A stretch of DNA of 61,725 bases, counting the filler, from Platydemus manokwari (lineage: Eukaryota): assembly GCA_037951405.1 (NCBI GenBank). It is 5 parts of 5 records of this genome, joined end to end, with 100 filler letters (N's around TTAATTAATTAA, not from the genome) between each part and the next. Parts side by side here need not be neighbours in the genome. Positions count along the whole stretch, not along the records: positions 10,360 to 22,342 come from JBBMOY010362223.1; positions 22,443 to 37,518 come from JBBMOY011354759.1; 3 more parts are not named here. One strand, written 5' to 3'. Shown here one piece after another: positions 13,874 to 25,680 of this stretch. Position 1 is the first letter of the stretch. Every line of letters begins with the position of its first letter. Under the pieces are notes generated by a model, which saw only the letters and a program-made list of their open reading frames with translations, did no database searches and was not told the DNA's origin. The translations under genes were made by a program, and so were the position numbers.

Positions 13874-15058
13874 ATGAAAAATCCAAATTCAAAAACTAAA
13901 CAAAATATTACATGTTCTTATACTTATTTAACTTCGAAAACTATTAAAAGTTACATAAAGTAATTTTATATAAATAAAATTTTATTTAAAAATAATCTAG
14001 TTCTTTCCTTAACGATTCAGCAGAAAAAGAAATTTTGAAAGATCTAGCTAAGTAAAAGATAATTATTAAATGAATACATTAATTTTAATGTTAAGACTAT
14101 TTCAAAAATTTGGAAAAATAACAGAATTTGAAACAATATTAGCATCCACCAATGATGATATAAAGTCAACCCATAAAAAGTATGCTATAAATATTTTTTT
14201 AAAATTGACTGAGCATTCCAGGATTTTTCCAAATAACAAAAAAAATTCAATTTTTAAGATGAAATCTGAATTGAAAAAATACTTCAAAACTTCGCATTTT
14301 GAAAAGCCTCATATATCAAAATTTTGGTAAAATAATGTTGCCTAATATTATTTAAACTAAACTCACTAGGTCACATTTTGTGTTCGGGTTCAATACAATT
14401 TCAAGGAAAATGGAAAAGGGAATCAAGTTTGATTGTATATTTATTGATAAATCTCTTGAAGACGCTCCTATAATCGGACATTTGAAAGAATTAGCTACCG
14501 TAAAAGGAAATTCTGATGTTAGAATGGCTATTTTTGAAAATGAAAAACTTGTCGAATCTATTAATACAGATATTAGAAGTTTCGGTAAAGTTTTAATGAT
14601 TGGATTTTTGAAAGACAAAGAAGACGTTGAAGACATTTCAAATTTTAAAAAATCATTTATGAGTAAAGTAAATAAAAATTATTTAATTCGATAGATTTTA
14701 TTTGCTATAAAATTCACAGGTGATTACAACAAAATCCGATATTGACAATATTGAATCTGAATCCACAAGTGTTAAGTTGGAACAAAAAATACCATTGGAT
14801 AATATTGAAAATAATCCTGAGCTTGTTAAAACTAAATTCCCTTATATAATTGACGATGGCCAAATAAATCTATTGATTGCAAGTCATTTAAGTGAATCAA
14901 TTATGAAAAATGAAGTGAAAAATGAACAGACTGATTACCTCTGTGAATTAAAGCGTATAAACGTTGATGTTCCACAAACTACTAAATTTATTCGACCACC
15001 TGATAAGAAGCAAAAGAAAATCAAAAAAGCTAAACGGAAAGCAATTGTAAAGAGCTAA
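13874..15058 (+). CDS. RNase P/MRP subunit p38 (RPP38)-like L7Ae-fold protein, 5 exons
   Basis: Phase-consistent exons about 13874-13959, 14001-14051, 14096-14326, 14370-14667, 14720-15058 with short GT-AG introns. WSHFVFGFNTISRKMEK..CIFIDKS..PIIGHL..KVLMIGF resembles RPP38 QLAIGVNEVTRALER..VCKS..ITSHL..CVLALAF. The basic C-terminus KFIRPPDKKQKK resembles RPP38 KIRKPPKSKK. Gene structure is well supported; identity is moderate. Confidence 0.6.
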
Positions 15059-15713
15059 ATAGATTTTCTCGTCTCTTTCTTAGTATAATGTTTATCATAA
15101 CCTGTTAGAAGTCTTTTAATATTAAATTTTAGACATTTTCCAATTAATTATGTGTACCAATGGTGCATTTAGCAATATTTTCACAATAAAAACTTACAAA
15201 AATTATAAAAACAAATTATGAGCTAGTATGACGGATATTAAAGAAAAATTGTTAAATCAAAAGTTAGCCGACACAAGCAATTATTTGCTTTAATAAAACA
15301 ATTTCATGTTTGTCGTTTATTAAAATCAATGAAAGATTTTAATTGTTAGCGAAGGTTATCATCGAATTTATTTTAATGTAAATGTTTATATTTGATATAA
15401 AATAAGTTTTTATAATATAATAATACTTCGGTAGTTACAAAAATTAAGTAAATTTTGAACACAAATTATTTGAATTCTGGTCAGCGATTTTCACAGATAA
15501 TGTAAAACCAGTTATTCCATTGGAAGCTTTCAAAATATTCGAGGTAATTTTAAACATTCTAACACAAATTAAACAAAGCCAAAAGAGAAATATTTTAGTT
15601 TCAAAAAATAATTTTTCAAATTATTACTGAACCCCGAAAAAATGTTCACAATAAAAAAACGAAATCAAATTAATTAATGCTGAAAAGACAACTCATTTTT
15701 TTGAGAAGTATTA

Positions 15714-18700
15714 TTACTGAAAGTTTATCAATAGAAATGTTGAAAAATTATTTTCTTTAAATGGGTAATGATTACGAATATTCAAATTAATTCTAGATAA
15801 TTGCAAAGATTCTTCAGTTGAGTTACTTTGGTTTTTCTCATTTATTCTTAAATCTACAACACTGTTTGAATTCCTTATAAAATATATTCCGTTTGAATTG
15901 GATATGTTTTGAATAAAATCGTTGTGATGAATATTAGTTGCATTTACAGTTGAATAACGGCGTCTGCATTTAATATTTGATTTGCTTCCAATTCGTTTGC
16001 ACAGAAGTGGTGAATCTTGCTTAATTTCAAGTTGTGAAAGTGATGAATTCAATAAACTAGAAGTGTCTACGATTTCTTTATCACTGATGGATCTTTTTAG
16101 AATAAATGATTCTTTCTTCTCCAACATTTTTTTATCCGATTGCACAAATCTGGTTATTTTTGGAATTCGATTTTTAGAATTAGTATTTAAAAGAAATTTT
16201 AATTTTGTACTATCATATGCTTTGAAAGGATTTAAATGCTTTTTATTTTTAACTATTGAATCTGAAATCGACTTTTTATTTTTACGGGGTCTTGAGTGTA
16301 TTTCATTGTTTTTGTTGTTTTCTTCAAACGGTATTTGACCATTGGTCTTTTCGAAGGACAAAGGAATTAGATAATTGTAATGCTTTAATAAACTCAAAAT
16401 ATTTGGTTTCAGTATGCTGATGATCGGTTGCATGTTTGAAAATTGAATTGTAAGACACGATTTTTCTAACTGTTTGATGTGTCTTTGGTAGAGCTCAATC
16501 CAAAAATTATTAAACAGTGGTATAGTATTAAGGGACACATATATTTGAGTATTGCATTTAAATGTATTTTTTGTCACAAATATCCATGGTATGATTCTCA
16601 GAATTTCTCCGGACAAACTAGGATCCATTGTGTTCAAGAAATTTATAATATCAGATTCATTAAATAAACCTTTCAATTGAAAATAGTCGGATATGAGCTC
16701 CCACAACTTCAAATTATTAACCCAAGATGTACAGAATTTTAAATAGAAAGAATTCGAAGTAATAGCATTTTGGGGTACATTATCTGGAATTTTCATATTC
16801 GAGGTTTCTGTTGGAGTTATATTTTCTGTAGATATTGTAATATTTTTTTCTTGTGATTTATGACTAGAGTTTGACAAACAATATGAATCGTTGAATTCAT
16901 CTTTTGTTTCTTGAAAGGTTTTCGGTTTTGAATCAAATAATTTTTCGATTTCAGTTTCATTCTTAACTTCATTAGCTGATCGCCATCGATTACATTCGAT
17001 TAGAAACTCTTTGGTTAATTGCTTGGAAAAGTTCTCATTTGAAGGTATATCACAAGTGAGTGAAGAGAGTATGTCAAGAGCAGAGAAATTTGATTTCCGT
17101 TTTTCATCACGACGTTTAGTCATAGATGGGCCAGGAGGGTCTATCATAATTACTAGTGCTGAAACATTATCCGCACGTATGCCACGACGTTTCCATTGGG
17201 AAATTGAATACTTCACTAAAGAGGCCGCAGGATTATAAAAGAAGTTAGAATTCACATTTGGGTCAAGGAAAACCCTCCTTTCTGTTTCTCTTTCACAAAT
17301 ACGAACAATTTCAATAGCAGCCTGATTAGATACTACATTCCAAAGACCATCACTACCGAGAATTAGACATCTATGTTCCAAAATATTAAGTGAAATGCAT
17401 TGCACATCTGGTTCTGGAGATATGTGATAAACATTCTGGTTTTGATCATAACTCCATAAATCTCCAAGTGATCTGGTAATTGCTAAAAATGGTACTTGTT
17501 CATATTCAATTGAATCTCCTTCAACAAGATCTTGTCGAAAATTATTGAATTTTGGGCGATTCCAAACCACACGTTGAACACCAGATTTTTTTGCTAAAGT
17601 TCCACCAAATTTTTCAATTCGTTTTCTCTCAATAATATTAGAAGGCTTATGATCCTATCAAATATAAAACACTAGTAAAAAAAAATATAAATTACATATA
17701 TTTATTGATATGATATACACTATGTTTGGAGTAAAGACAATAAACGATATTTGCATTGACCATAGTGTGCATGATATATGGTGAAGTAACTCTCTTATTT
17801 CTTTGATGAGGATTTCTTTAAAAACACTGAAGTGTTTTTAATAATTATTCTTGGATTGTATTGATAAAATAATAAACATCGGAAACCAAATGTTAACCTT
17901 TAAAAACCATCAATAATTAATAATATTTAATTAAGTAAAAATCATTCCAGAATATCAACTTTGAATAATTTATAAAAATTAATGGAAAAAAATTCTTCGG
18001 GAAATTATGAGAAATTAATAAATAAACATCACAAAAGAATTTATAACCGATTTTCTTAAAAATGAAAAGGGAATTACACAAAAATATAAATATATTTAAT
18101 TTCTGTAAAAATAATAAGGAATTTTTTGAAGACTATAAATATGGTGTGGAAAATAGAACCCCTGTCCAATTTTGAAACCACTAGTTGGTAGTTTTGAAAA
18201 TACGAAATCATTAGGATAACCTTTTACCTTTACAGAATCGCCAAAATATTCAACAAAATAGCCTTCTATGTTCAATTATTATCACTGGAGGTTTCGACAT
18301 TTTTTTACGATTAGCCTACCTTAAAGAAGCATCAAGTAAGCGTATACTATGTATAAAGCATTGAGAATTTATAATTGGAGTTAAACTTTTGTCTAGAGAG
18401 AAAAACTCAAATATCTTACATCGATTTTGCCCAATAGGAGGGTCATGCATCATAACAAAAATAAAAATAACTTCTCATTCGACAGATCCATCAATTCTCA
18501 ATCTTACCAAAACAATTCCCAAAAATTAAACAATCTCTTAGTCTTAATATTAGAAAATTATAATCAATTCTCATGAAAATTATATTAGAGAATGAAACTA
18601 ATAAAATATTTGATTGTGATACTTGATACCTTGATGTTAAAAAATTTCATTTTAAAACATTTGATAGTGAAATTTGATATCTTGATAACCGTATTTCGTA

Positions 18701-21700
18701 CTAATATAGTTTTGATGTTCTTTCTTGAATTTCTTTGATTATTTTTAGTGTGATTTTATGAAGTACTTAATAATAAAATTTAGATTATTATAATTATGAA
18801 TGGTGGCTGAATTCTATGAAAGGGGTTAATTGACATTCGGAAAAATCAAATAGAAAATAGAAAATAATAAATAATAAGTAATAAATAAAAAATGAGATTA
18901 AGAAAAATTAAGATATAATAAATAACAATAATAATATTAATAAAATAGAAAATGAAATATTTAATATTCTAAAATACATTAAAGGTGATTTAAGGTAAAA
19001 GTGTGAAAATTCACATTAAGAATAATTTCAGTAACCAGATGAGTGAGAAATCTATCACTCATATATAATTAAAGGAAATGGGTGTCATCAATCGACGCTA
19101 TATATACAGACGGATATTATAGTAGACACTTTTCAATAATTGTAAGAGGAGATTTCAACCAGCTTCACTAATTTATCGGAAAAATTATTAACACTATAAA
19201 TTTGATAATCAATTAGCTCAACTAGGGATCAGCTGTCTGATTCACTAAGATTTTGTTGATTTAGTTTTTATTCTTTTTTGATTTTTAAGTAATTATTAGC
19301 CTTTATATTTTGATCGTTTTCATTGATGTTATATAATATAATCTTAAACTATAAACCGTAGTATAAGCTGCATATTTAAATTAATTAACAATTCTCCTTA
19401 TTTTTCTTATTCAGCGATCCGCTTGAGTTTTGAGTTTTGTTTTTTTGCTTTATACTCTTGTAATTTTATTCTTAAAAAATTTTAATAACCATTCTTGGAT
19501 TTGTGATTTAAATAGAAATTATATATTGATTATTACGGGATATAATTAAGCATAGCCTTTAATTACAGGCTATATTGATATAAAAAGTCTATCAATATCA
19601 ATAAAGCTAATACCGAACATTTGTTTAAACTTAGCTTAAACTTCGAGAAATCATTATTTAGATATTGTCCGCCATTGCAATAGTATTATCATCGAACAAT
19701 TTATTAAAGCTCCTTAGCAAATGTAATAATAAAAAACAAATTTAATTTAATAAGACGATAGCGCTTACAAATCGCAAACATTCCAGGAATTGTAATGTAG
19801 GCATCCTTATAGTGTATTTAACTTACTTTTGTTGTTTCATTAAATATGGTGTATCACATGAAAATTAAAATTGTTTAACCGACCTCAAGGTTATAAAAAA
19901 ATTCAACTAAATATAAAAATAGAAGGTATATCATGTCGAAAAATGGAACGAGTTTCTATAATTAACTGCGTTGACTAAAAATCGTAACTAACACATTGAG
20001 GACACCAAAAATAGTAACACGTGATACTAAGCATAGAATGTTCATAAAAATATTGACAAAGATACATTTGAAACAATATATAAACGACTGACACTAGTCA
20101 CTTTATGTACAATATTTTAGGCACGAATTTTGAACGACAAAACATTAAATTCTGACAAATCGGCACAATTTTATTTGGATATATATTCGAACGAATTTTA
20201 TTATTCCCTTATCCCTTTACGGTTTGAATTTTGTTTATTATTCAAGCCAAATTATTCTGAAAATATTTTATGCAAAATAAGTACAATTCTTATAATTAAT
20301 TGTAGACCCGTCCCTAGTTCTAGCCTTGTATTTTTCACACTTTATTCTCCACCTTAATCTTTTATAGAGACTTTTCCGAGCAACTAGGTAGCACGTCCTT
20401 TAACGTTCTCTTGAGAATTCTGTATTTATACAATAGGATTATAAATTATCTTATAGTTATAAAATTATCTCAATTAATCAAATGTATTTTATTGTTTATT
20501 TATAATTAGTATTTATATTTTAAATATTATTTGATAATATTGTCCGGGGATTATTTAGCTGTTTCAATCTTTATCTGTTGGAATTCAGATAAGTTAAAGA
20601 TTCTAAAGACCTTCAGACACAAACGTTTAGATCTTTAACATATTTCATCTGTATAATAGTCATTCATAATCATCTCAATACGTTTTTTAGTGGTGTAGTG
20701 CCCTTTTGTTTCAGTCAATAGTAAGACTATGTATATTTATTGTAGGAGAACCCATAAAAGTTACGACAGGGTACAAAAAGGATTCAAGTTAAGAATAACA
20801 GTTAAAACATTGTCTAATGCCTCTCACCGAGTATTCACTCAAATAAACCAGCTATAGAATCGAAAAACATCAATTAAAAGGTAAAATTATTACTTAGGAG
20901 TTATTTAGAACCAAAGAGTCTTATATAGGACGTTGATAATATTGAGAAATATAGTAATTTCAATATAATTAAAAAAATATTACTGACCCCTAAAGTAACG
21001 CTATCGTTTGTTATGTCTTCGGATAAACTTCTTGACACCATTTCAGTTTACTAACTTTGATGTCTTGCTTTTATTTGAACCTCAAAAACCAACTCATCGA
21101 TATATCAAATTACTGTTAGGCAGCATTGATATCAAAAATAAAAGTGAAAGCCCAATAAAATACTGATTTTTCGAGACAAATTTATCAGTCTATTAATATA
21201 GATTTGGAAATACGTTTGGGTAAAGACCGTAAGAAATATGGATAAAATTACTATACTATATGTTATATATGTAGATAATCATTTTAAAGTGAAACGTGTT
21301 AACTAATTTTCAAATATCAATACCACTGTCATGCAAGCTGACTCCCATGTGTCCGTACGGGAAGCTAAAGCTTTTGAAAATCCTAGTACGCACGCAGAAT
21401 CTCCCACGTGACCAATGTATAGTTTTCTATTTCTCACTATAGCGATTGTTGCAGTTGTCCCTGAAGTACTATCGAATCCACTAATAGTTTTTGACCAATT
21501 ATCTAAAAGTATTAAGTGAACATTTCGTATAATAATATAAATCCTTTGCCTCTTTCTCTCCACATCAATTGATGTGTATTAAGAAATCCTTGTTTGATGG
21601 CTGTCAATACTTCTTCGTCATTCTCACTCCAAAACAATTGCACTTTCTTAATTTCATTGATTAAATTCTTTTTTGCAAAATATGCAGCTTCTGATCCTCC

Positions 21701-21847
21701 ATGGCCATCGAAAATTCCAAAAAATCCAAAAACAATGCTTCCGTCGACTTTTTCAAAATAACATTTGGAAAAATCTTCCATGTAATTTCGATCACCTTTG
21801 TCTAAGCATTCTGTTACTCTTAGGTTCACCCCAATTTCAAAAACCAT
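15714..21847 (-). CDS. ppm1d: PP2C-family protein phosphatase PPM1D/WIP1 orthologue, 3 exons
   Basis: Exons 21847-21550, 21502-21324, 17654-15714. PP2C motifs RNYMED, FDGHGG, STSGTTA, GHVGDS, DHKP, LAITRSLGD, LILGSDGLW, ADN. PPM1D-specific segments WSKTISGFDSTSG, SGVQRVVWNRPK, VPFLAITRSLGDLWSYD. Long C-terminal tail. Confidence 0.93.
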
Positions 21848-22268
21848 TAAAAATTAAACGATAAATAACCATTCATTTTAAATATTACATAATTAAAACA
21901 AATACAAACCATTTTAAAGAATATCAAATGAAAATTTATTAAGCAAATTGTTATTGTTAAACCATATTTTACAGAATGATAAAACCATTAATTTCATATA
22001 ACTATTTATCATTTGTATTAGTATCAATGGTTTATTATTATTATGGTTTATAGGAATCCATAGGATCAACACAACACATGAAATCAAAACCTTCAACCTC
22101 AGTTCTCAGATCATTAATTGTCACTAAATATTCTCGTTGTTTAGTGGCATCAATAATCAATCTGTAGAGCAGGATAGCAATTAAAAACCAAAAACTTGTT
22201 GAACTATTAATCAATGTATTTTATTAGTCACTGCATAAAGTAGTGTATACACGATTGAATGTTTATTA

Positions 22269-22342
22269 TTAGGGTGAACCAAAAGTTCTTTCCGATTTTC
22301 TACATCATTTTGTCCAATTGCTTTTTTACCAAATGAAGATGT
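22269..22342 (+). mobile_element. Probable mariner-type terminal inverted repeat truncated by an assembly gap
   Basis: TA followed by ttagggtgaaccaaaagttctttccgatttt, resembling mariner TIRs (TTAGG..G..CAAAAGT....CG.TTTT). Runs into the N gap; no partner TIR visible. Confidence 0.45.
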
Positions 22343-22442
22343 NNNNNNNNNNNNNNNNNNNNNNNNNNNNNNNNNNNNNNNNNNNNTTAATTAATTAANN
22401 NNNNNNNNNNNNNNNNNNNNNNNNNNNNNNNNNNNNNNNNNN

Positions 22443-22484
22443 TTATTATTATTATTATTATCATTATTATTATTATTATTATTA

Positions 22485-22515
<31 letters not shown>
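22443..22515. repeat. (TTA)n microsatellite
   Basis: Near-perfect tta repeats directly after a gap. A similar (AAT)n tract lies at 37473-37518 before another gap. Confidence 0.9.
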
Positions 22516-23289
22516 ATTGAAACACCCAATTGATTCAAATGGAATTAATTGATAATTTACCTGATTTTCAACAAGATTTCAGTTTGAAAAGTCAAAAACA
22601 TTATTTTGTCACACTTGGCAAATATTGATATTCTGTTTAATCATATGAAGAAATTTTTAATACAAAAAACTAAATTAATAATTGATAATAATAAATAAAC
22701 TAAAATTGGTTAAGTAATAAACTTATCAAAGTTAAACTCATATAATTAATACATGTATACAAGTTGTATTAAAACAATTATCAAAGAAATCCTTTAGAAC
22801 TACCACTGAGATAATCAGATTTATCACTATGCAATTTCTTTCTCTGGGATCGTATAAAAGAAGTGGTTTATCACAGTCATTCTCAAATCGCACATGAACT
22901 TGAAAATTGAATTTGTGAAGCGCATTCCATTATATTGATGAAGGGTTGTGAATAGAGATATGGAAAGCGAGTTAGTCATTCTATTAATGAAAATGGCTAA
23001 CATATTGAAAATAAAATTTGAAGTTTTTCTAAAATAATTTTCACAATCATGGTGTTCCTGATTTAGATATCGGTGCTATTTATTTAATGTAATGTCTATT
23101 TGAAAATATTCAAAATCACCAAAATTGTTTAATTTTTTAAAAATACATTTTAATTAAAAATTTCTTTGGAAATAATAATCAGGCATATTTTCCAAAATAA
23201 AATAAATGGGTGTAATGATTAATTCGAAAATTTTGAGTAAATTTATTTATAATATTACTTTTTATTAAAAAGTATTTAAGTACACCAAG

Positions 23290-24519
23290 TTATTTAACTT
23301 GTTTTTTCACACCGTATTTCATTTGACTATTTTGCAAATTTAAATGGTGTTCAATTTCGTTTCCATTACTGGTGTTTAGTTTATTCATTGTCGTTTTCGA
23401 TACACTTATATCTTTAGTTAATGTTTCTGCACTCAATCTATATGATTCTAAGCTTTTCAACCATTCTTTAACTTTGGTCAATTTAGAATTGACTGTTTGC
23501 TTATTGTCGATCAGATGATTTTGATTATATGAAGTTTGATGATTATCATTAATGCAATAGTATTTGCTATTTTGCCCCATGGTTTCCTTTTTTGTAGTCC
23601 CTATTTGATTGGAATGGATAATATCGTTTCCAATAATGTGATTAGTTTTCACACCGAATTTAACTACTTTCTTATCTATAATAACATTTGCGTCGGTCGG
23701 TTTGTTTGTAATCATTTTGTTTTTCATTTTATCTCCATTCATTTCAGTTGGTTTCGTGATATTATTATTGATATTTGATTGTTTTATTTGCAAATTGAAA
23801 CTGGAAGCCTCATTGGAATGGGTAATGATGTTTGCATTGTTTCGATTTTTCAAATTATGAGCATTGAGTATTTTATTCTTGCAGACATTCTTTTTGTCAA
23901 CATCCTGATGTTTTGAGCAGTGAATAACGGTATTCGGAGATCTGGAAGAATCAGATGATAATGTTTCGATTATGATTGGTTTGATGTTTTGTTTGTAGAT
24001 TTTGTTCTTCTGTTCACTGAGGAATTTTTCGCTTAGTAATTGATTCGAAGAATTTGTCGATTTGTGTTGATTGTTTTGGTAATTGGTTATCAATTGATAG
24101 ATACTTCTTAGAGACTTTGTATCTTTGGAATTATTGGAATCGAATGATGAGAATGAGTTACTACTCACACAAATATTTAATGAGCACCTGTCATTATTAT
24201 TATTTTCGCTGTTATCGTATTTTTTGACGTTATAATCATTCGGACTTTTAACATTTATATTCAACGCTCTGCTTTGATTAAAGAGCATATTGAAACTTTT
24301 GCTATCTTTCATTGATTTTAATGAATCGGTATTTAAACTTTCTGACTGGGATTTGTCAGTATAAATCTCCTTTTCCGAATAGTTGAATTTTTGAATCTTG
24401 TTTTGATCATTTTCATTCGATTCGGAAAACTGATCTATGAACTCCTGTTTTTCATTTTTCAACAATTGAGATTTGTAGCTAGATTTCATTTGAAATTGAT
24501 TTAAAAGCGATAAATTCAT
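23290..24519 (-). CDS. Uncharacterised Asn/Ser/Lys-rich protein (409 aa ORF, possibly one exon of a larger gene)
   Basis: A 1.23 kb stop-free frame is very unlikely by chance at this AT content. No recognisable domain. Confidence 0.65.
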   Translation of the reverse strand: MNLSLLNQFQMKSSYKSQLLKNEKQEFIDQFSESNENDQNKIQKFNYSEKEIYTDKSQSESLNTDSLKSMKDSKSFNMLFNQSRALNINVKSPNDYNVKKYDNSENNNNDRCSLNICVSSNSFSSFDSNNSKDTKSLRSIYQLITNYQNNQHKSTNSSNQLLSEKFLSEQKNKIYKQNIKPIIIETLSSDSSRSPNTVIHCSKHQDVDKKNVCKNKILNAHNLKNRNNANIITHSNEASSFNLQIKQSNINNNITKPTEMNGDKMKNKMITNKPTDANVIIDKKVVKFGVKTNHIIGNDIIHSNQIGTTKKETMGQNSKYYCINDNHQTSYNQNHLIDNKQTVNSKLTKVKEWLKSLESYRLSAETLTKDISVSKTTMNKLNTSNGNEIEHHLNLQNSQMKYGVKKQVK

Positions 24520-25329
24520 TTTTGGAGAAAATCTTTGAATGCGTTATTGAAATTCTAATTAAAATATATTATAATAATTTTAAATGGATATGATTATCAC
24601 TCATCATCGTTTAAATATATTTATAGATAGATTATTGAATTTTAATTAGTTTTCATAATTGAATCAATTATCATTTCGTAACCAGATTTCTTTCATTGGG
24701 TTTGAGAAAAAATTGGATTGAAAAACTTACAATAGGTCTATTACATGAGACATTAACTGAAATTTTATAATCTGTGTATTATATGAAATCAATTTTTTTT
24801 CCAAAGTCGGATATGTCGTCAGATTTGTGAAGATAACTAGGAAAAATACGAATATAATGTATCACATATTAAAGAACTCTAACTATCTTAGGGAATTTAT
24901 CAGCTCAAATTTATAATCCTTCTAGATAGAGTCGAATTTGTTTTTAAAGACATTAGATTTGGAGATAACAATTTTGCAGTACAAAATGGAATATTTGACA
25001 GATATCTTTCAGTGATTAAATCTGATTAACAAGCATTGAAAGAAATCAAGTATGATTTTACTCGGAAATTTTATCGTTGCGTTTTTCTATAAAATTAAAC
25101 TTTGTTAGAGCTACTTATTAGCTTCATGAAGATTTTTATTTTTCTTAATTTATACAAATGACTAACAAAAAATATGTATCTCTTCACACATGTTAACTAC
25201 TTTAAAATACTACTTTAAAATTGGATTTCATGACTTCGTTGAAGTTGAAATTCCATAATGAGTAGTGAGACCATTCGATAATAGTGTAGAATGTGCAACA
25301 AAAACAAAGCACGATATCCACAAAGAGTT

Positions 25330-25680
25330 TGGAACAACCTTCAAAGTGCTCGATACATAAAGACTGGGCGAGCGCAAGTGCCAGTAATCAATCAGGTGTC
25401 ATAAAATCATTACATAAATATAATGCGATCATCAATTGGTGCACATCAGTAACAAACTCCAACATAAACCAATGGCATGATAATTAGAAAAAAATCCACA
25501 TATCAACTAGTATGTAATCGGTGTCAACGAATAAAAGAGATAAAGCTACAGAAAACAGGTAAACATAACGATAAGCCTATAAAGTGTGAGTATTGGCCAT
25601 TTGATTTTAGAGAGTATCTTTGTGATTATAATTGCATTTTTGAATATTCAGTGTTAGTAGACATCTAACAATAGCCTTGA
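25330..25680 (+). mobile_element. Degenerate Gypsy/Ginger-type integrase N-terminal (HHCC) fragment
   Basis: H.....SASNQSGVIKSLHKY...NW followed, after a frameshift, by VCNRCQRIKEIKLQKTG...KPIKCEYWPFD. This resembles H..GH.GV.KT..YW..C..CQR.K...PI...PF of Gypsy-like integrases. Confidence 0.5.

Noticed and set aside
14352-17238. Antisense ORFs overlapping the RPP38-like and PPM1D genes (also 46570-46794, 36945-37197, 28204-28389)
   Set aside because: Shadow ORFs on the opposite strand of real coding exons, with no independent support.
20301-20432. TG...CA bounded GC-richer segment resembling a solo LTR in the PPM1D intron
   Set aside because: No matching target-site duplication and no second copy in the window.
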